Assembly: GCA_963754875.1 (NCBI GenBank)
Contig: CAVWHO010000021.1
Span: forward strand, 96,001 to 160,000
Direction of reading: 5' to 3'
Length of the DNA stretch: 64,000 nucleotides
Source: Nitrospirota bacterium
Lineage (GTDB): Bacteria > Nitrospirota > UBA9217
Numbering within the stretch: position 1 is the stretch's first letter; each line of letters begins with the position of its first letter. A model generated the notes under the pieces. That model worked only from the letters and a program-made list of their open reading frames with translations, was not told the DNA's origin and made no database searches. This document shows, piece after piece, positions 17,696 to 28,137 of this stretch. The translations under genes were made by a program, and so were the position numbers.

Positions 17696-18673
17696 TCAAA
17701 TGTGGAGGTCCAGATGCTGCAGCATGTGGAGATCATCTGCAGGATCCAAACCCGACGTTGTAAGGTAATTTCCGATCATAAATCCATCTGCTCCTGCTGC
17801 AAAAATAAGCGGATGGAGCTGCCCGAGAGTTGTTCCCCGCCCCCCGCAAACGCGGATCTCCTTTTCAGGCAGGATCAGGCGAAAGAGGGCGAGCGAGTGA
17901 AGCGCTTCGAGAGGTGAGATTGCGCTGATCTTCTCAAAGGGAGTCCCCTTGATCGGCATGAGAAAATTGATCGGTACGGAATCCACATCGATCTCGCGCA
18001 GGGTCATCGCCATCTTGATCCGGTCTTCCATGCTCTCTCCCATGCCGAGAATTCCGCCGCTGCAAAGAGACAGTCCCAGACGCCGGGCATGGCCCAGCAC
18101 TTCGAGCCGCTCTTCGAAGGTATGAGTGGTGCAGACACGGGGAAAGTAGTTTCTCGATGTTTCGATATTATGGTGAAAACGGTGCAAGCCGGCCTGTTTG
18201 AGATAGGAAAGCTGTTCTTTTGTGAGCGAGCCCAGTGTCGCACAGGGAGACAGGCCCATCTCGCGGACCGTCCGAATGCCTCGTGCGATATTTTCAAGGT
18301 CTGATTGCGTATCAATACCTCGGCCGCTGGTCACGATGCAAAATCGCTTTGCATGATTTTTTTTTGCACTCTTGGCCGCTTCCGCAATGCGGTCTACGGA
18401 AATGAGCGGATAGACCGAGACGTTGGTCGAGTGATGCACGGACTGTGCACAGTAAGCGCAATCTTCGCTGCAGGCGCCTGATTTTGCGTTTACGATCGAG
18501 CACAGATCGATCGATTTCCCGCGAAAGTGTTCGCGAATCTTACCAACGACCGCGAACAGGTCCCACAGGTCGGCACCGGAAATACGGGACAATTCTCTTG
18601 CATCGGCATAATCAACCTGTCTACCCTTTAAAACGCCGCCAAGAAGACTGCTCAGTTGTTGTCGTGTTTTCAT
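17696..18673 (-). CDS. bioB: Biotin synthase
   Basis: NAKSGACSEDCAYCAQS, HHNIETS, CSGGILGMGE, SVPINFL, GNYLTT. Confidence 0.96.
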   Translation of the reverse strand: MKTRQQLSSLLGGVLKGRQVDYADARELSRISGADLWDLFAVVGKIREHFRGKSIDLCSIVNAKSGACSEDCAYCAQSVHHSTNVSVYPLISVDRIAEAAKSAKKNHAKRFCIVTSGRGIDTQSDLENIARGIRTVREMGLSPCATLGSLTKEQLSYLKQAGLHRFHHNIETSRNYFPRVCTTHTFEERLEVLGHARRLGLSLCSGGILGMGESMEDRIKMAMTLREIDVDSVPINFLMPIKGTPFEKISAISPLEALHSLALFRLILPEKEIRVCGGRGTTLGQLHPLIFAAGADGFMIGNYLTTSGLDPADDLHMLQHLDLHI

Positions 18674-18702
18674 TGGCTATCTTTTACCTGAAGACAAGGT
18701 GG

Positions 18703-18735
18703 TTGTCAACCTATTTCACCCATGATGGTTAACAA
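18703..18735. promoter_or_regulatory. BirA operator
   Basis: Inverted repeat TTGTCAACC-N15-GGTTAACAA, 30 bp upstream of the bioB start. Confidence 0.85.
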
Positions 18736-18813
18736 TTGGATGTTGATAATTCTGCGAGCTTCTATTTTATCGTCAAGAAGGTTAGTGGGTTCGAGACGGC
18801 CCTTATTTCGGGG

Positions 18814-20250
18814 TTATTGGGTGTTTTTGGTAAGCTTGGCTATGATGCCTGCCACGGTTTGTTCCATCATCGTTTTGATGGACTCAAGAGAGGTGGGATC
18901 CTTTGCTTCAAAGCGCATGACCAAGACCGGCTGGGTATTCGATGCCCGGATAAGACCCCAGCCGCTTTCAAATATGGCACGGATGCCGTCGACGGTGATC
19001 ACTTCCCGGGGCTTTTGCAACAAGCCATTTCCCTGGGAGAATATCTCCTTTGCACTTTCCACGACCCTGAATTTAATTGCTTCAGGGCAATCAAAGCGGA
19101 TCTCAGGCGTGTTAAACGTCTTCGGAAGGTCGGCAAGCAGCATGCTGAGCGAGGCAGTGCTCCCCTGTTTTGCCTTGAGTTTTTTCAGTATTTCCACGAT
19201 GCGGCAGGCCGCATAGATCGCATCGTCGTAACCAAAATAACGGTCCGCGAAAAACAGATGACCGCTCATTTCCCCTGCCATTGCTGCATGCACTTCCTTC
19301 ATTTTTGCCTTGATCAGCGAATGACCTGTCTTCCACATGACGGCAGTCCCGCCATGGGAGCGGATGTCGTCGTACATGACCTGTGAACATTTGACTTCCG
19401 ACACGAACGTGGACCCCGGACGTTCTCCAAGGATGTCGCGGGAGAAGATGATCATCAGCTGGTCGCCCCAGAGTATGTTCCCTTTCTCGTCCACCACACC
19501 GATCCTGTCCGAATCGCCGTCGAACGCGATCCCTGCATCCGCTTTGTGCGCACGAACGGCTTCTCTCAATGCAGTAAGATTCTCGGGAATAGTCGGATCA
19601 GGATGATGATTCGGGAACGACCCGTCGGGTTCGGAAAAAAGTTCAATAACGTCACAGCCCATAGTTCGCACCACTTCAGGCGCTGCCAAACCAGCAGTCC
19701 CGTTCCCTGCATCAAGGACGATCTTGAGACGACGTTCTCCGTTGGGTTTGAATAGGTCCTTCAGATGGTTAATGTAATCAGGCAGGATGGGGCGGTACGA
19801 GACGGAGCCGCTCGTTTCACGACCGGTTTTTTGACTCTTATCGACGGCGCCATCCAATATAATATTTTTCAGCTTTTGGATTTCTTCACCATAAATTGTA
19901 TCCTTGTTGACGCAGAGTTTGAACCCGTTGAACTCCGAAGGATTGTGGCTGCCGGTGATCATCACACCCGCACCGGGCTTAAAGTGGTAGAGGGAAAAAT
20001 AGAGGGCAGGCGTCGGGCAGAGGCCGATGACGGCAACGTCCATCCCTCCCTGGGTCAGACCTTGCAAGATGTTCTCACAGAGCCTCGGCGAGCTTATGCG
20101 GGCGTCGAATCCGACGGTTACAGTGTTGATGCCCTTTTGCCTGAGATACTCAGCGAAAGCTTGTCCCAGAGACTCGATTACCGCAGGTGTTAGGTCACGA
20201 TCCGCAATACCGCGGATGTCGTATTCTCGGAATATTTCAGGGTTGATCAT
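18814..20250 (-). CDS. manB: Phosphomannomutase/phosphoglucomutase
   Basis: IFREYDIRG, ITGSHNP, FDGDSDR, GEMSGH, RASNTQP. Confidence 0.92.
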   Translation of the reverse strand: MINPEIFREYDIRGIADRDLTPAVIESLGQAFAEYLRQKGINTVTVGFDARISSPRLCENILQGLTQGGMDVAVIGLCPTPALYFSLYHFKPGAGVMITGSHNPSEFNGFKLCVNKDTIYGEEIQKLKNIILDGAVDKSQKTGRETSGSVSYRPILPDYINHLKDLFKPNGERRLKIVLDAGNGTAGLAAPEVVRTMGCDVIELFSEPDGSFPNHHPDPTIPENLTALREAVRAHKADAGIAFDGDSDRIGVVDEKGNILWGDQLMIIFSRDILGERPGSTFVSEVKCSQVMYDDIRSHGGTAVMWKTGHSLIKAKMKEVHAAMAGEMSGHLFFADRYFGYDDAIYAACRIVEILKKLKAKQGSTASLSMLLADLPKTFNTPEIRFDCPEAIKFRVVESAKEIFSQGNGLLQKPREVITVDGIRAIFESGWGLIRASNTQPVLVMRFEAKDPTSLESIKTMMEQTVAGIIAKLTKNTQ

Positions 20251-20277
20251 AGGTGACGCAGCAGTCCTCTCCACAGT

Positions 20278-21741
20278 TTATGTACGAGAAAGCGACGGCA
20301 ATGACTTTCTCTTGTTTTTATCATGCCTGTTGTAGTCGTCGTCAAAGCGGACGATATCGTCTTCTTCAAGATATTCGCCGTTCTGCACTTCAATGATCTG
20401 GAGCGGTATTTTGCCGAGGTTTTCCAGCCGGTGCTTCGTCGACATGGGGATGTACGTACTTTCGTTCGGATGCACGTCATACACCTTGTCCCCGTTCGTA
20501 ACCCGGGCAGTGCCGGAGACGACAACCCAATGTTCGCTGCGGTGATTATGGAGTTGGTGTGAAAGCTTCGTTCCCGGGTGAATGACGAGCCGTTTTATTT
20601 TGTACCGGTCACCTTCTTCCAAGATCGTATACGATCCCCAAGGCCGGTGCACCGTGCGGTGGATAAGATGCTCGCCTGACTTGCGTTTTTTGATTTCGTC
20701 AACGACCTTCTTCACATCCTGCGCACGGTCCTTGCTGCAGACGAGCGTCGCATCCGGCGTGTCTACTACAACGACGTCCTTCAGTCCGATGGTTGCTACC
20801 AGACGCTTTTCAGCATAGATGATCGAGTCATGGCTGCCGAGATCGATGACATTGCCGTTCACGATGTTGCCTGCGGCGTCGTGTTCCGAAACTTCGTCGA
20901 GAGCGGTCCAACTGCCCACATCCGACCAGCCTATATCTGCGGGGATGACTGCCGCGCGGTCGGTTTTTTCCATTACCGCGTAGTCGATGGAAACGGACTT
21001 AAGGTTCTTGAAAACAGTGCTGATCACGCTCTCTTCCTTGTCCGTGCCGAGGCTGCGCTTGATCTCCATTAAACCGCCATAGAGCGCAGGATCATATTTT
21101 TTTATCTCCTCCAGGAGGACCTTCGTTTTCCAAACAAAGATCCCGCTGTTCCAGAAGTAATTGCCCTGCTTGAGGTATCCTTTGGCAGTTTCGAGGTCCG
21201 GTTTTTCGACGAATGCCTCGACTTTGCACACATCGTTGATTCCGGTTTCCTTGCAGGAGGAACCGGCCTTAATATAACCGTAACCCGTTTCCGGTCTGTT
21301 CGGCTTGATTCCAAGCGTGACCAGATACCCAAGTCGAGCCGCCTTATCGGCTTTGCCGAGTAACCCAAGGAATTCGTCTGTTTTTTGAATAAAATGATCC
21401 GCAGCGAGAGCCACCATGACGCCTTCGGGGTCCAGCCGCTCCAGGTGGAGCGCGGCGAGCCCCAGGGCCGGCGCAGTGTTCCTCGCCTCGGGTTCAAGGA
21501 TCATATTTTTGTCCCAGGGCTTGTTAAATTTCGTCGAGAGCTGTTGACCGATCGCGTCCACAATGTCTCTGTTCGTAACAGTGAAAATATCTTCAAAACT
21601 GATTGCCGGCAAAATTCGATTTACTGTCTGGCAAATCAGCGTATCTTCTCCTCCGATTTTCAGGAGTTGCTTCGGCATTTTTTCCCGGGAAAGCGGCCAA
21701 AACCGCGTACCCGAACCGCCGGCCATAATTACTGCATACAT
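20278..21741 (-). CDS. manC: Mannose-1-phosphate guanylyltransferase / mannose-6-phosphate isomerase
   Basis: MAGGSGTRFWPLSR, FVEKPD, SIDYAVME, WSDVGSW, RPWG, HRSEHW cupin tail. Confidence 0.95.
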   Translation of the reverse strand: MYAVIMAGGSGTRFWPLSREKMPKQLLKIGGEDTLICQTVNRILPAISFEDIFTVTNRDIVDAIGQQLSTKFNKPWDKNMILEPEARNTAPALGLAALHLERLDPEGVMVALAADHFIQKTDEFLGLLGKADKAARLGYLVTLGIKPNRPETGYGYIKAGSSCKETGINDVCKVEAFVEKPDLETAKGYLKQGNYFWNSGIFVWKTKVLLEEIKKYDPALYGGLMEIKRSLGTDKEESVISTVFKNLKSVSIDYAVMEKTDRAAVIPADIGWSDVGSWTALDEVSEHDAAGNIVNGNVIDLGSHDSIIYAEKRLVATIGLKDVVVVDTPDATLVCSKDRAQDVKKVVDEIKKRKSGEHLIHRTVHRPWGSYTILEEGDRYKIKRLVIHPGTKLSHQLHNHRSEHWVVVSGTARVTNGDKVYDVHPNESTYIPMSTKHRLENLGKIPLQIIEVQNGEYLEEDDIVRFDDDYNRHDKNKRKSLPSLSRT

Positions 21742-21779
21742 AATGTAGTCCTCTCAGTTCGCGGGACCGAAACCGGGCG

Positions 21780-22931
21780 TCAGCGCCGCTCCGCCGTCTT
21801 CGCATCCACAAAATCTTTAAATTCCCGTCTAAATCGCCCTGTGCCGAATTTTATAGCATTTTTTCTTATTTGTTGTCCATCAAATTTATCAACATTCCGT
21901 TCAAACGTCTTTAAGGCGTCCCGTAATGCCTCAACAGTCTGTTTATAGAAAAAGACCCCTGTCGGAGCGGATTCATGTGACATCCGCGGTCCGCCGCCGT
22001 CGTCCGTTAAAGGGAGAACCGTCTCAGTTATCCCTCCCCTGCCGTAAGCAATGACCGGCGTGCCGCACGCCTGCGCCTCAACGGGTACGATGCCGAAGTC
22101 TTCCTCTGCCGCAAAAACGAAGGCCTTCGCCCTCTGCATATATGTTTTCAGAACATCCGAGGCCTGATAGCCGAGGAGTTCTATGTTCTTCCCTGACTTG
22201 GATTTGACTTTATCGAAATCCGGCCCATCGCCGATTACGACGAGCCTTTTGTCAGGCATGCCGGAGAATGCTTCGACAATGAGGTCGATTTTTTTGTATG
22301 GCACCATCCGCGATGCGACGAGGTAGAATTCTTCTTTTTGCGGAGAAAGTGAAAATCTTTCGACATCCACCGGAGGATAGATCACGGTTGCCTGACGGTT
22401 ATATGCACTCTCGATTCTGGCCGCTATATATTGAGAATTTGCGATGAAATGGTCGACCCGGTCCGCGGTCTTAGCGTCCCATCGCTTTATGTATCCAAGC
22501 ACGGATTTGGCGAGAATTCCTTTGAGGCCCTTATCGAGGCCCGATTCCCTCAGATATTGGTCCCTGAGGTCCCAGGCATAGCGCATCGGCGTATGACAGT
22601 AGCAGATGTGCAGTTGACCGGACTTCCTTACTGCCCCTTTTGCAACCGCGTGGGAGGATGAGAGAATGAGATCGTAGCCGGAAAGATCGAACCGCTCGAC
22701 GGCCAGGGGGAAAAAAGGGAGATAATTTCTATAGTATTTTTTGGCCAAGGGTAAATTTTGAATAAACGAAGTCTGCACCTTCTTGTTCAGGATGATGCCT
22801 CGATCCTGTTCAGCCAGAAAGTCAACGAGACAGAATATATCCGCATGTGGATAGAGCGAGACGATCTGTTCCAGGACGCGCTCAGATCCGGCAGTGGCCA
22901 CTAACCATTCGTGAACAACAGCTATTTTCAT
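21780..22931 (-). CDS. GT4 glycosyltransferase (WbaZ-like mannosyltransferase)
   Basis: VHEWL..AGSERVL, YCHTPMRYAW, EEDFGIVPVEAQACG. Confidence 0.88.
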   Translation of the reverse strand: MKIAVVHEWLVATAGSERVLEQIVSLYPHADIFCLVDFLAEQDRGIILNKKVQTSFIQNLPLAKKYYRNYLPFFPLAVERFDLSGYDLILSSSHAVAKGAVRKSGQLHICYCHTPMRYAWDLRDQYLRESGLDKGLKGILAKSVLGYIKRWDAKTADRVDHFIANSQYIAARIESAYNRQATVIYPPVDVERFSLSPQKEEFYLVASRMVPYKKIDLIVEAFSGMPDKRLVVIGDGPDFDKVKSKSGKNIELLGYQASDVLKTYMQRAKAFVFAAEEDFGIVPVEAQACGTPVIAYGRGGITETVLPLTDDGGGPRMSHESAPTGVFFYKQTVEALRDALKTFERNVDKFDGQQIRKNAIKFGTGRFRREFKDFVDAKTAERR

Positions 22932-22964
22932 AATATTTACCGGCGTGAGCTCCTACCTTGTCGC

Positions 22965-23828
22965 TTAGTTGAAAAAACGTTTCTTAATTAATCGCGGCAG
23001 GGCGCCGAGCCATGCTTGGGGACCGAGATGGGAAATCAGCACTTTGTGGTTGTGCAAGAAATCATTAAACCACTGTTCGTTCACCTGAGCACGCGTGCCG
23101 CCGGTACGGAACTCATAATGGATAACAATCGCATCGCCGACGTATCGTCCAAACTGGCCCGTTCGCGCTAACCGGACACCATACTCGGCCCCAAATCCCC
23201 AGGCATTTCCCCTAAAATCAGTATTGAAACCGCCCATCCTCAAAAAATTATCGCGTCTGATCCCCATATTCCCTTCTCGGGGAGAATTGATCATACAGCT
23301 TCCCGGGCGATCATAATTCGACAATATCAACCCCAACTTGTTGATCCAACCGACGATACGGCCGTTGATTTTTTTTTCAGCGCCGAGAAAAAGGCCGAAT
23401 AACCATTCGGTATGGATTCGCGTATATTCGGAGTGCGCCGATCGCCCTTTATTGAATTCCATGATGCGGCCGGAGGTATATGCCAGCTGTAAATTCTCCG
23501 TGAAAGCGCGCAGGTGAGCCTCAAGCCATCCGAAATGAGGAACCGCATCATCGTCCAACAGCAATATGATTTCGGACCGTGAAGTAGCGATGCAGTGGTT
23601 CAACGTCCGGGTTATACTCGGGGACGATAGCGTTTCGATGCGAAGGCGCTGATCTTTTTGAAGTTCAGATCGCCACTGAGAGTCGGGCATTTCCCCTTGG
23701 AGACCCAGGCAAATCTGAAGCTCCGGATACAAGACCCGGATTCGCTGCAGGGTTCTTTTAAGCACGGCAAGCCGATTGTAGCTCGGGATGATCAGCTCCG
23801 CGGTAAGCTCGTTGACCGACAAGAACAT
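22965..23828 (-). CDS. GT2 glycosyltransferase
   Basis: IIPSYNR, LLLDDD, GGFN. Confidence 0.75.
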   Translation of the reverse strand: MFLSVNELTAELIIPSYNRLAVLKRTLQRIRVLYPELQICLGLQGEMPDSQWRSELQKDQRLRIETLSSPSITRTLNHCIATSRSEIILLLDDDAVPHFGWLEAHLRAFTENLQLAYTSGRIMEFNKGRSAHSEYTRIHTEWLFGLFLGAEKKINGRIVGWINKLGLILSNYDRPGSCMINSPREGNMGIRRDNFLRMGGFNTDFRGNAWGFGAEYGVRLARTGQFGRYVGDAIVIHYEFRTGGTRAQVNEQWFNDFLHNHKVLISHLGPQAWLGALPRLIKKRFFN

Positions 23829-23858
23829 TCCCTCCGTAAACCTTCGTGCGTTGAACGC

Positions 23859-24797
23859 TCAGGGCACAATCTGGCGCCACTTCTTTCTCGACAATGTATT
23901 CTGTATGATCTTCAGTTTCTTGAAGACTTTTTTTCCGAAAAGCCGTTCAATAAGGTTTTTCACAGCGGATTGGACGATTACCCTTCCCGCTTTCAAGACC
24001 ATAACGATGAAAGGTCCGCTGAAATTCCCGAAGTATCTCCTGCTTATCGACACTGTTTCCCTGTAAATGGGCGCGACACTTTTGTACGTTGCGCCGGTAT
24101 TTCTGAAATTGACCAGAAATTCGTCTGTATTCAAGAATTCGATATCGTGAAATATCGCTTTTAAAAAAAAATCGTAGTCCGCCGCAAATTTATACGACGT
24201 GTCGTACAGGGCCATCATGAGATAGACGCTTCTCTCGACGAACATGGTTTGATGACACACGGTCATGCCGCGCCGGTAGTTCAAATTCGACATAAACTGG
24301 GTTGTTATGCCAAGTTCTTCGTCATAGATATTAAAATTACCGTATACGATGGCGGCCCCGTCTCCCTTGCGGCGCATATACCTGTCTACGACATATTGCA
24401 CGGCCTGTTTTTCGTAAAAATCATCGCTGTTCAAGAGTCCTATCAACTCCCCGTGAGCTAGAAGAATCCCTTTATTCATCGCATCATACAGCCCATTGTC
24501 CCGCTCGCTCATCCAATAGGCGATCTTATCGTCATATTTTTTAATGACATCCAACGTACCGTCAGTAGAGTTTCCATCGATAATGATATATTCGATGTTG
24601 CCATAAGTCTGATTTAAAACACTTTGTATGGCACCCTCCAAGTGTTTCTCCCCGTTCCGGACGACGGTAATGACGGTCACAAGCGGGGACCCCGGCACTG
24701 ATTGCTTCGCAAATTCATGCCGCGTGCGAAGGCCGCCTTCCTCGCGTCGAGAATTGACAACCGAATTCGAAGCGGCAAGCTGATCGTCGTTAATCAT
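23859..24797 (-). CDS. GT2 glycosyltransferase (WcaE-like)
   Basis: IIDGNSTDGT, GLYDAMNKG, LNSDD, HQ, AADYDF; start uncertain (ORF open to 24881). Confidence 0.88.
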   Translation of the reverse strand: MINDDQLAASNSVVNSRREEGGLRTRHEFAKQSVPGSPLVTVITVVRNGEKHLEGAIQSVLNQTYGNIEYIIIDGNSTDGTLDVIKKYDDKIAYWMSERDNGLYDAMNKGILLAHGELIGLLNSDDFYEKQAVQYVVDRYMRRKGDGAAIVYGNFNIYDEELGITTQFMSNLNYRRGMTVCHQTMFVERSVYLMMALYDTSYKFAADYDFFLKAIFHDIEFLNTDEFLVNFRNTGATYKSVAPIYRETVSISRRYFGNFSGPFIVMVLKAGRVIVQSAVKNLIERLFGKKVFKKLKIIQNTLSRKKWRQIVP

Positions 24798-24905
24798 TAA
24801 CAAAATCCTTCTACAAGCAAACGTTCTATACCCATTCATGAATAAAGGTTCAAAATTCACGGAACGATCCGTTTTGTACATCAGTTTTTATGAATCGACT
24901 CCCAT

Positions 24906-26006
24906 TCAGGCTGATGCTTCCTTGTAAAACGCAAGGGTTTCCTTCGCGCAGATGTCCCAGCTGAATTTCCTTTCCTGCTCCAGTCCGGCGTTAGTCAACT
25001 GTTTCCTCATTGCTGTATCGTGCAGAATGGTATAAAGTTTATCCATGAGTTCGTCAAGGTCCACAGGATTGAAATAGAGCCCCGCCTGCCCTACGATTTC
25101 TGGAATCGAACTCGAGTTACTCACGAGAACGGGGCAGCCGTAATGCATAGCCTCAAGGGGGGGCATGCCGAAACCTTCATAGAGAGATGGATAGACAAAA
25201 ACGGACGCATATTGATAAAGATTCGCCAAAATTTCGTCGACGCCTGAATAATTGAGGACAGTATCGTCAAGGCCAAGAGACTTTATCAATGCAAACTCGT
25301 GGTCAGTGAATTGCCCGCCACCGAAACAGATTAATTTAAAGTCGCGTTTGACTTTTTCCAAGCGCGCATAGGCGTTCAGCAACAAGTCAAAGTTTTTATA
25401 TCCGCTCCGCTGACCGACATACAAAATATATGGGCTATCTACAAGCCTTCGAGAAACAATTTCTTTTTTAAGAGAATTACCAAGATAAATGACCTTAATT
25501 TTTCTTTCCGGCACTTTAAAATGGCTGATCATGTCTCTCTTCGTCGATTGAGAAACGCAAATAATTGCATCCGCATTTCGTATCGCCTGCTCTTTATCAT
25601 TTGCGGTGTTAATCTCTCTCGGTGGAAGACATTGCGGGTAAAGTTCATGAATCATATCATGGACGGTCAGCACTCGTATTCCCTTGAACCCGTGGGCCGG
25701 GTTCTTGTAATACGTGGGATGATAAATATCAGCGTTGGATACCCTGACAAAACGACGGAACAGCGCATTGTTGAGGGCAGAGAATATTCTTATGGTTTTT
25801 GGAATGTGTCTATGTTTCAACCCCCAAAAGGAGTCAAAGCGGCTATGACATGATTCCAGTCCGTATTCATTGACGGAAAAACCCAAAAAAAGAGAAACAT
25901 CAACTTCCGCCTCTTGGCAGAGACGAGAAATCAACTCATAAAAATATCGGGAAATCCCTCCGTATTTTTGTATCGTAAATATCTGGTGGTCATAAAGAAT
26001 CTTCAT
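24906..26006 (-). CDS. GT4 glycosyltransferase
   Basis: MKILYDHQIF..QKYGGISRY, TVHDMI, PSLYEGFGMPPLEAM. Confidence 0.9.
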   Translation of the reverse strand: MKILYDHQIFTIQKYGGISRYFYELISRLCQEAEVDVSLFLGFSVNEYGLESCHSRFDSFWGLKHRHIPKTIRIFSALNNALFRRFVRVSNADIYHPTYYKNPAHGFKGIRVLTVHDMIHELYPQCLPPREINTANDKEQAIRNADAIICVSQSTKRDMISHFKVPERKIKVIYLGNSLKKEIVSRRLVDSPYILYVGQRSGYKNFDLLLNAYARLEKVKRDFKLICFGGGQFTDHEFALIKSLGLDDTVLNYSGVDEILANLYQYASVFVYPSLYEGFGMPPLEAMHYGCPVLVSNSSSIPEIVGQAGLYFNPVDLDELMDKLYTILHDTAMRKQLTNAGLEQERKFSWDICAKETLAFYKEASA

Positions 26007-26827
26007 GCGCTTGGGTTCTCTTCACTCTTTTTCCAGATTTCAAGAGACTTCTGGTAATCCTGTTGTAGCAGGGAACCGCGCCGGCTAAATAAATTCAGAA
26101 AGCTCGCAATCTTATATCGAGATATCGCATAGAAGAGATAAGGAGACACCCTTTTGTTCGTAAACAAATGGATGGTCCGCCCGTTCGTATAGAAGTTCAA
26201 ATGATTCTTCGCTGCGATGACCGACAGCGCTTGGGCCGTATAGAACGAAATGTGCTGCCCGTGTTCAAGGCCGTAATACTGCCAGGAACCAGGCTTCGGT
26301 GCTTCGGGAGGAACGAGCTCAGTCGTAAAAAGGATATTCGAGGAGAGCTTGAGCATGGCATTGATATCGGCGAGGGGGTCCACCAGGTGCTCGAAAAGTT
26401 CGAAGGCTGTAAGCAGTTCGTAACTGACTGCGCCTTCTGCATTTCCGTCGAAATTCCTGGCGAAAAGATTTTCGCAATGTTTATCATACCGATAAAAGTC
26501 TAACCCATGGTCCCGCATGATACGGACGAGCATGCCATATCCCCCGCCATAATCAAGAAATGACTTGTTTTGATCGAACAATGCCGAAATGACGGCTTGT
26601 GCAATAGCGGCGAGCATGATGTTCCGGCTGACCACACCGACATCCGAATGATTAATAGCGTCCAAATACGCAGTATTGAGCCAGTAGGGTTCCTCGGTCT
26701 GAATGAACCCACAGGACTCGCACCGGAAAAAAGCGACCTTGTATCTCCCTCTCAGTGTCGCTGTGGAGAACGACGTTGAAGGCATTGAACAGATTTTGCA
26801 GTTCATCATTTCCTGTGAATAAAGCAT
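26003..26827 (-). CDS. Class I SAM-dependent methyltransferase (likely glycan O-methylation)
   Basis: N-terminal CKIC..CESC, LDYGGGYG, FELFEHL, GQHISFY. Confidence 0.8.
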   Translation of the reverse strand: MLYSQEMMNCKICSMPSTSFSTATLRGRYKVAFFRCESCGFIQTEEPYWLNTAYLDAINHSDVGVVSRNIMLAAIAQAVISALFDQNKSFLDYGGGYGMLVRIMRDHGLDFYRYDKHCENLFARNFDGNAEGAVSYELLTAFELFEHLVDPLADINAMLKLSSNILFTTELVPPEAPKPGSWQYYGLEHGQHISFYTAQALSVIAAKNHLNFYTNGRTIHLFTNKRVSPYLFYAISRYKIASFLNLFSRRGSLLQQDYQKSLEIWKKSEENPSA

Positions 26828-27726
26828 CTTTTCAATTTATTCCTTGCCCGCACCCTGAGGCTTGGCTTTACGTGAGTCTTTTGCGTAATATCGTCGGCCA
26901 CCGCATCTCGTACGAGGAACGGCGGATGCTGCAAGGGGAATGATAGCGGTTCAGTTCTCATTTCACTGAACGAACTGTGCCCGGCGGTATGTGTGGCGTC
27001 TGCGTGAAATCCTACATTCGATACTAAATTCACTTTTGGCAAGACAGACAGGCCATGTTGCATCCAGCAGGCAAAAGTCCATTGGTAATCCCAGGTATTA
27101 ATTGTGCCGCGATAGACTTTATCGAATGTTTGCGTCCAGTATTTGGCGCTCCTCGCATCTCCGAGGCAGTCATTCAACCAGCCGCCGACTTTGAACGTCG
27201 GCCATAATTTCATCTCCACATCGTAGTGCTTCCATGCCCTGCGCCAGGAAGCCCATCCCCATATATGCGAATATCGGGAATAATAATAACTGTACTCCGA
27301 TCTTCTTCGTCCGAACTGAAAATTATCGCCGGAGATCATCATGATTCGCTCATCATCACGATATTTGTCCAGCAACTCCTGACAGAACCGGAAAAAAGTG
27401 GGGTCTGGTAAACAATCGTCTTCCAGGATGATCGCTTCTTCAACGGTATCAAACACCCAATCGAGGCCGCTCGATACCCGTCGTTTACATCCCAAGTTGA
27501 CATCAGAATAGTTCGTCAGTACCGTGCAGGGCCAATCGATATTCTCAATGATCGCACGTACCGCCTTGCACTTGTCCGCATCACCAGGCGTATTGAGACG
27601 CGGACCATCAGCTACAACCAGCAGCTTCGGCGGCTGTGCGGCCCTGATCGTTTCGAATACCCTCGCGGTCGTATCCGGTCGGTTGAAAATCAAAAAAGCT
27701 ACTGGTGTGTTTAGCTGCCAATTCAT
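26806..27726 (-). CDS. GT-A fold nucleotide-diphospho-sugar transferase (HlpA-like)
   Basis: TPVAFLIFNRPD, VADGPR, NLGC, ILEDDC, WGWASW, WDYQW, NLVSNVGF. Confidence 0.85.
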   Translation of the reverse strand: MNWQLNTPVAFLIFNRPDTTARVFETIRAAQPPKLLVVADGPRLNTPGDADKCKAVRAIIENIDWPCTVLTNYSDVNLGCKRRVSSGLDWVFDTVEEAIILEDDCLPDPTFFRFCQELLDKYRDDERIMMISGDNFQFGRRRSEYSYYYSRYSHIWGWASWRRAWKHYDVEMKLWPTFKVGGWLNDCLGDARSAKYWTQTFDKVYRGTINTWDYQWTFACWMQHGLSVLPKVNLVSNVGFHADATHTAGHSSFSEMRTEPLSFPLQHPPFLVRDAVADDITQKTHVKPSLRVRARNKLKRCFIHRK

Positions 27727-27772
27727 CTTGTCAAATCCCTATCGCCGTGTTTCTTACTCATAGAAAGATCCA

Positions 27773-28137
27773 TTATGCCCGGCTTCCAGGCAAATGAGTA
27801 TCATGGAATTGGTCGTCAATTCTTTTTGACAGGACATTGAGTCATTTGCAATCCGTCTTGCACGTAAAGGTATGCACTTCAAAGGGATCAACGAGAAAGA
27901 GAGAACCTTTTTTCACGGATACTCATACTCTATTGTTTTCTCGCAGGTCTTCTATCGTCACGTCAACTTCGCCTTCTATGATGGAAAAAGCTCTCTTATT
28001 TCTTTATATAATGCCCTCCACACACCTGTCCCGCGTGAGTTTCTATATAATTGACTTCTTCCCAATAGCCAGAATTGACGAGGCCGAGGAACGCCCCCCG
28101 TGTCCGTGAACCGTTTATAAGACTCAAAGATTCTCAA
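27773..28137 (-). pseudogene. Decayed cupin-domain gene (nucleotide-sugar epimerase/ketoisomerase-like), absent from the ORF track
   Basis: Manual translation across about 3 frameshifts and 2 in-frame TGA: RIFESYKRFTD-GAFLGLVNSGYWEEVNYIETHAGQVCGGHY-KEIRELF-IIEGEVDVTIEDLRENNRV*VSVKKGSLFLVDPFEVHTFTCKTDCK*LNVLSKRIDDQFHDTHLPGSRA*. TTG start overlaps the upstream stop. Confidence 0.75.
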
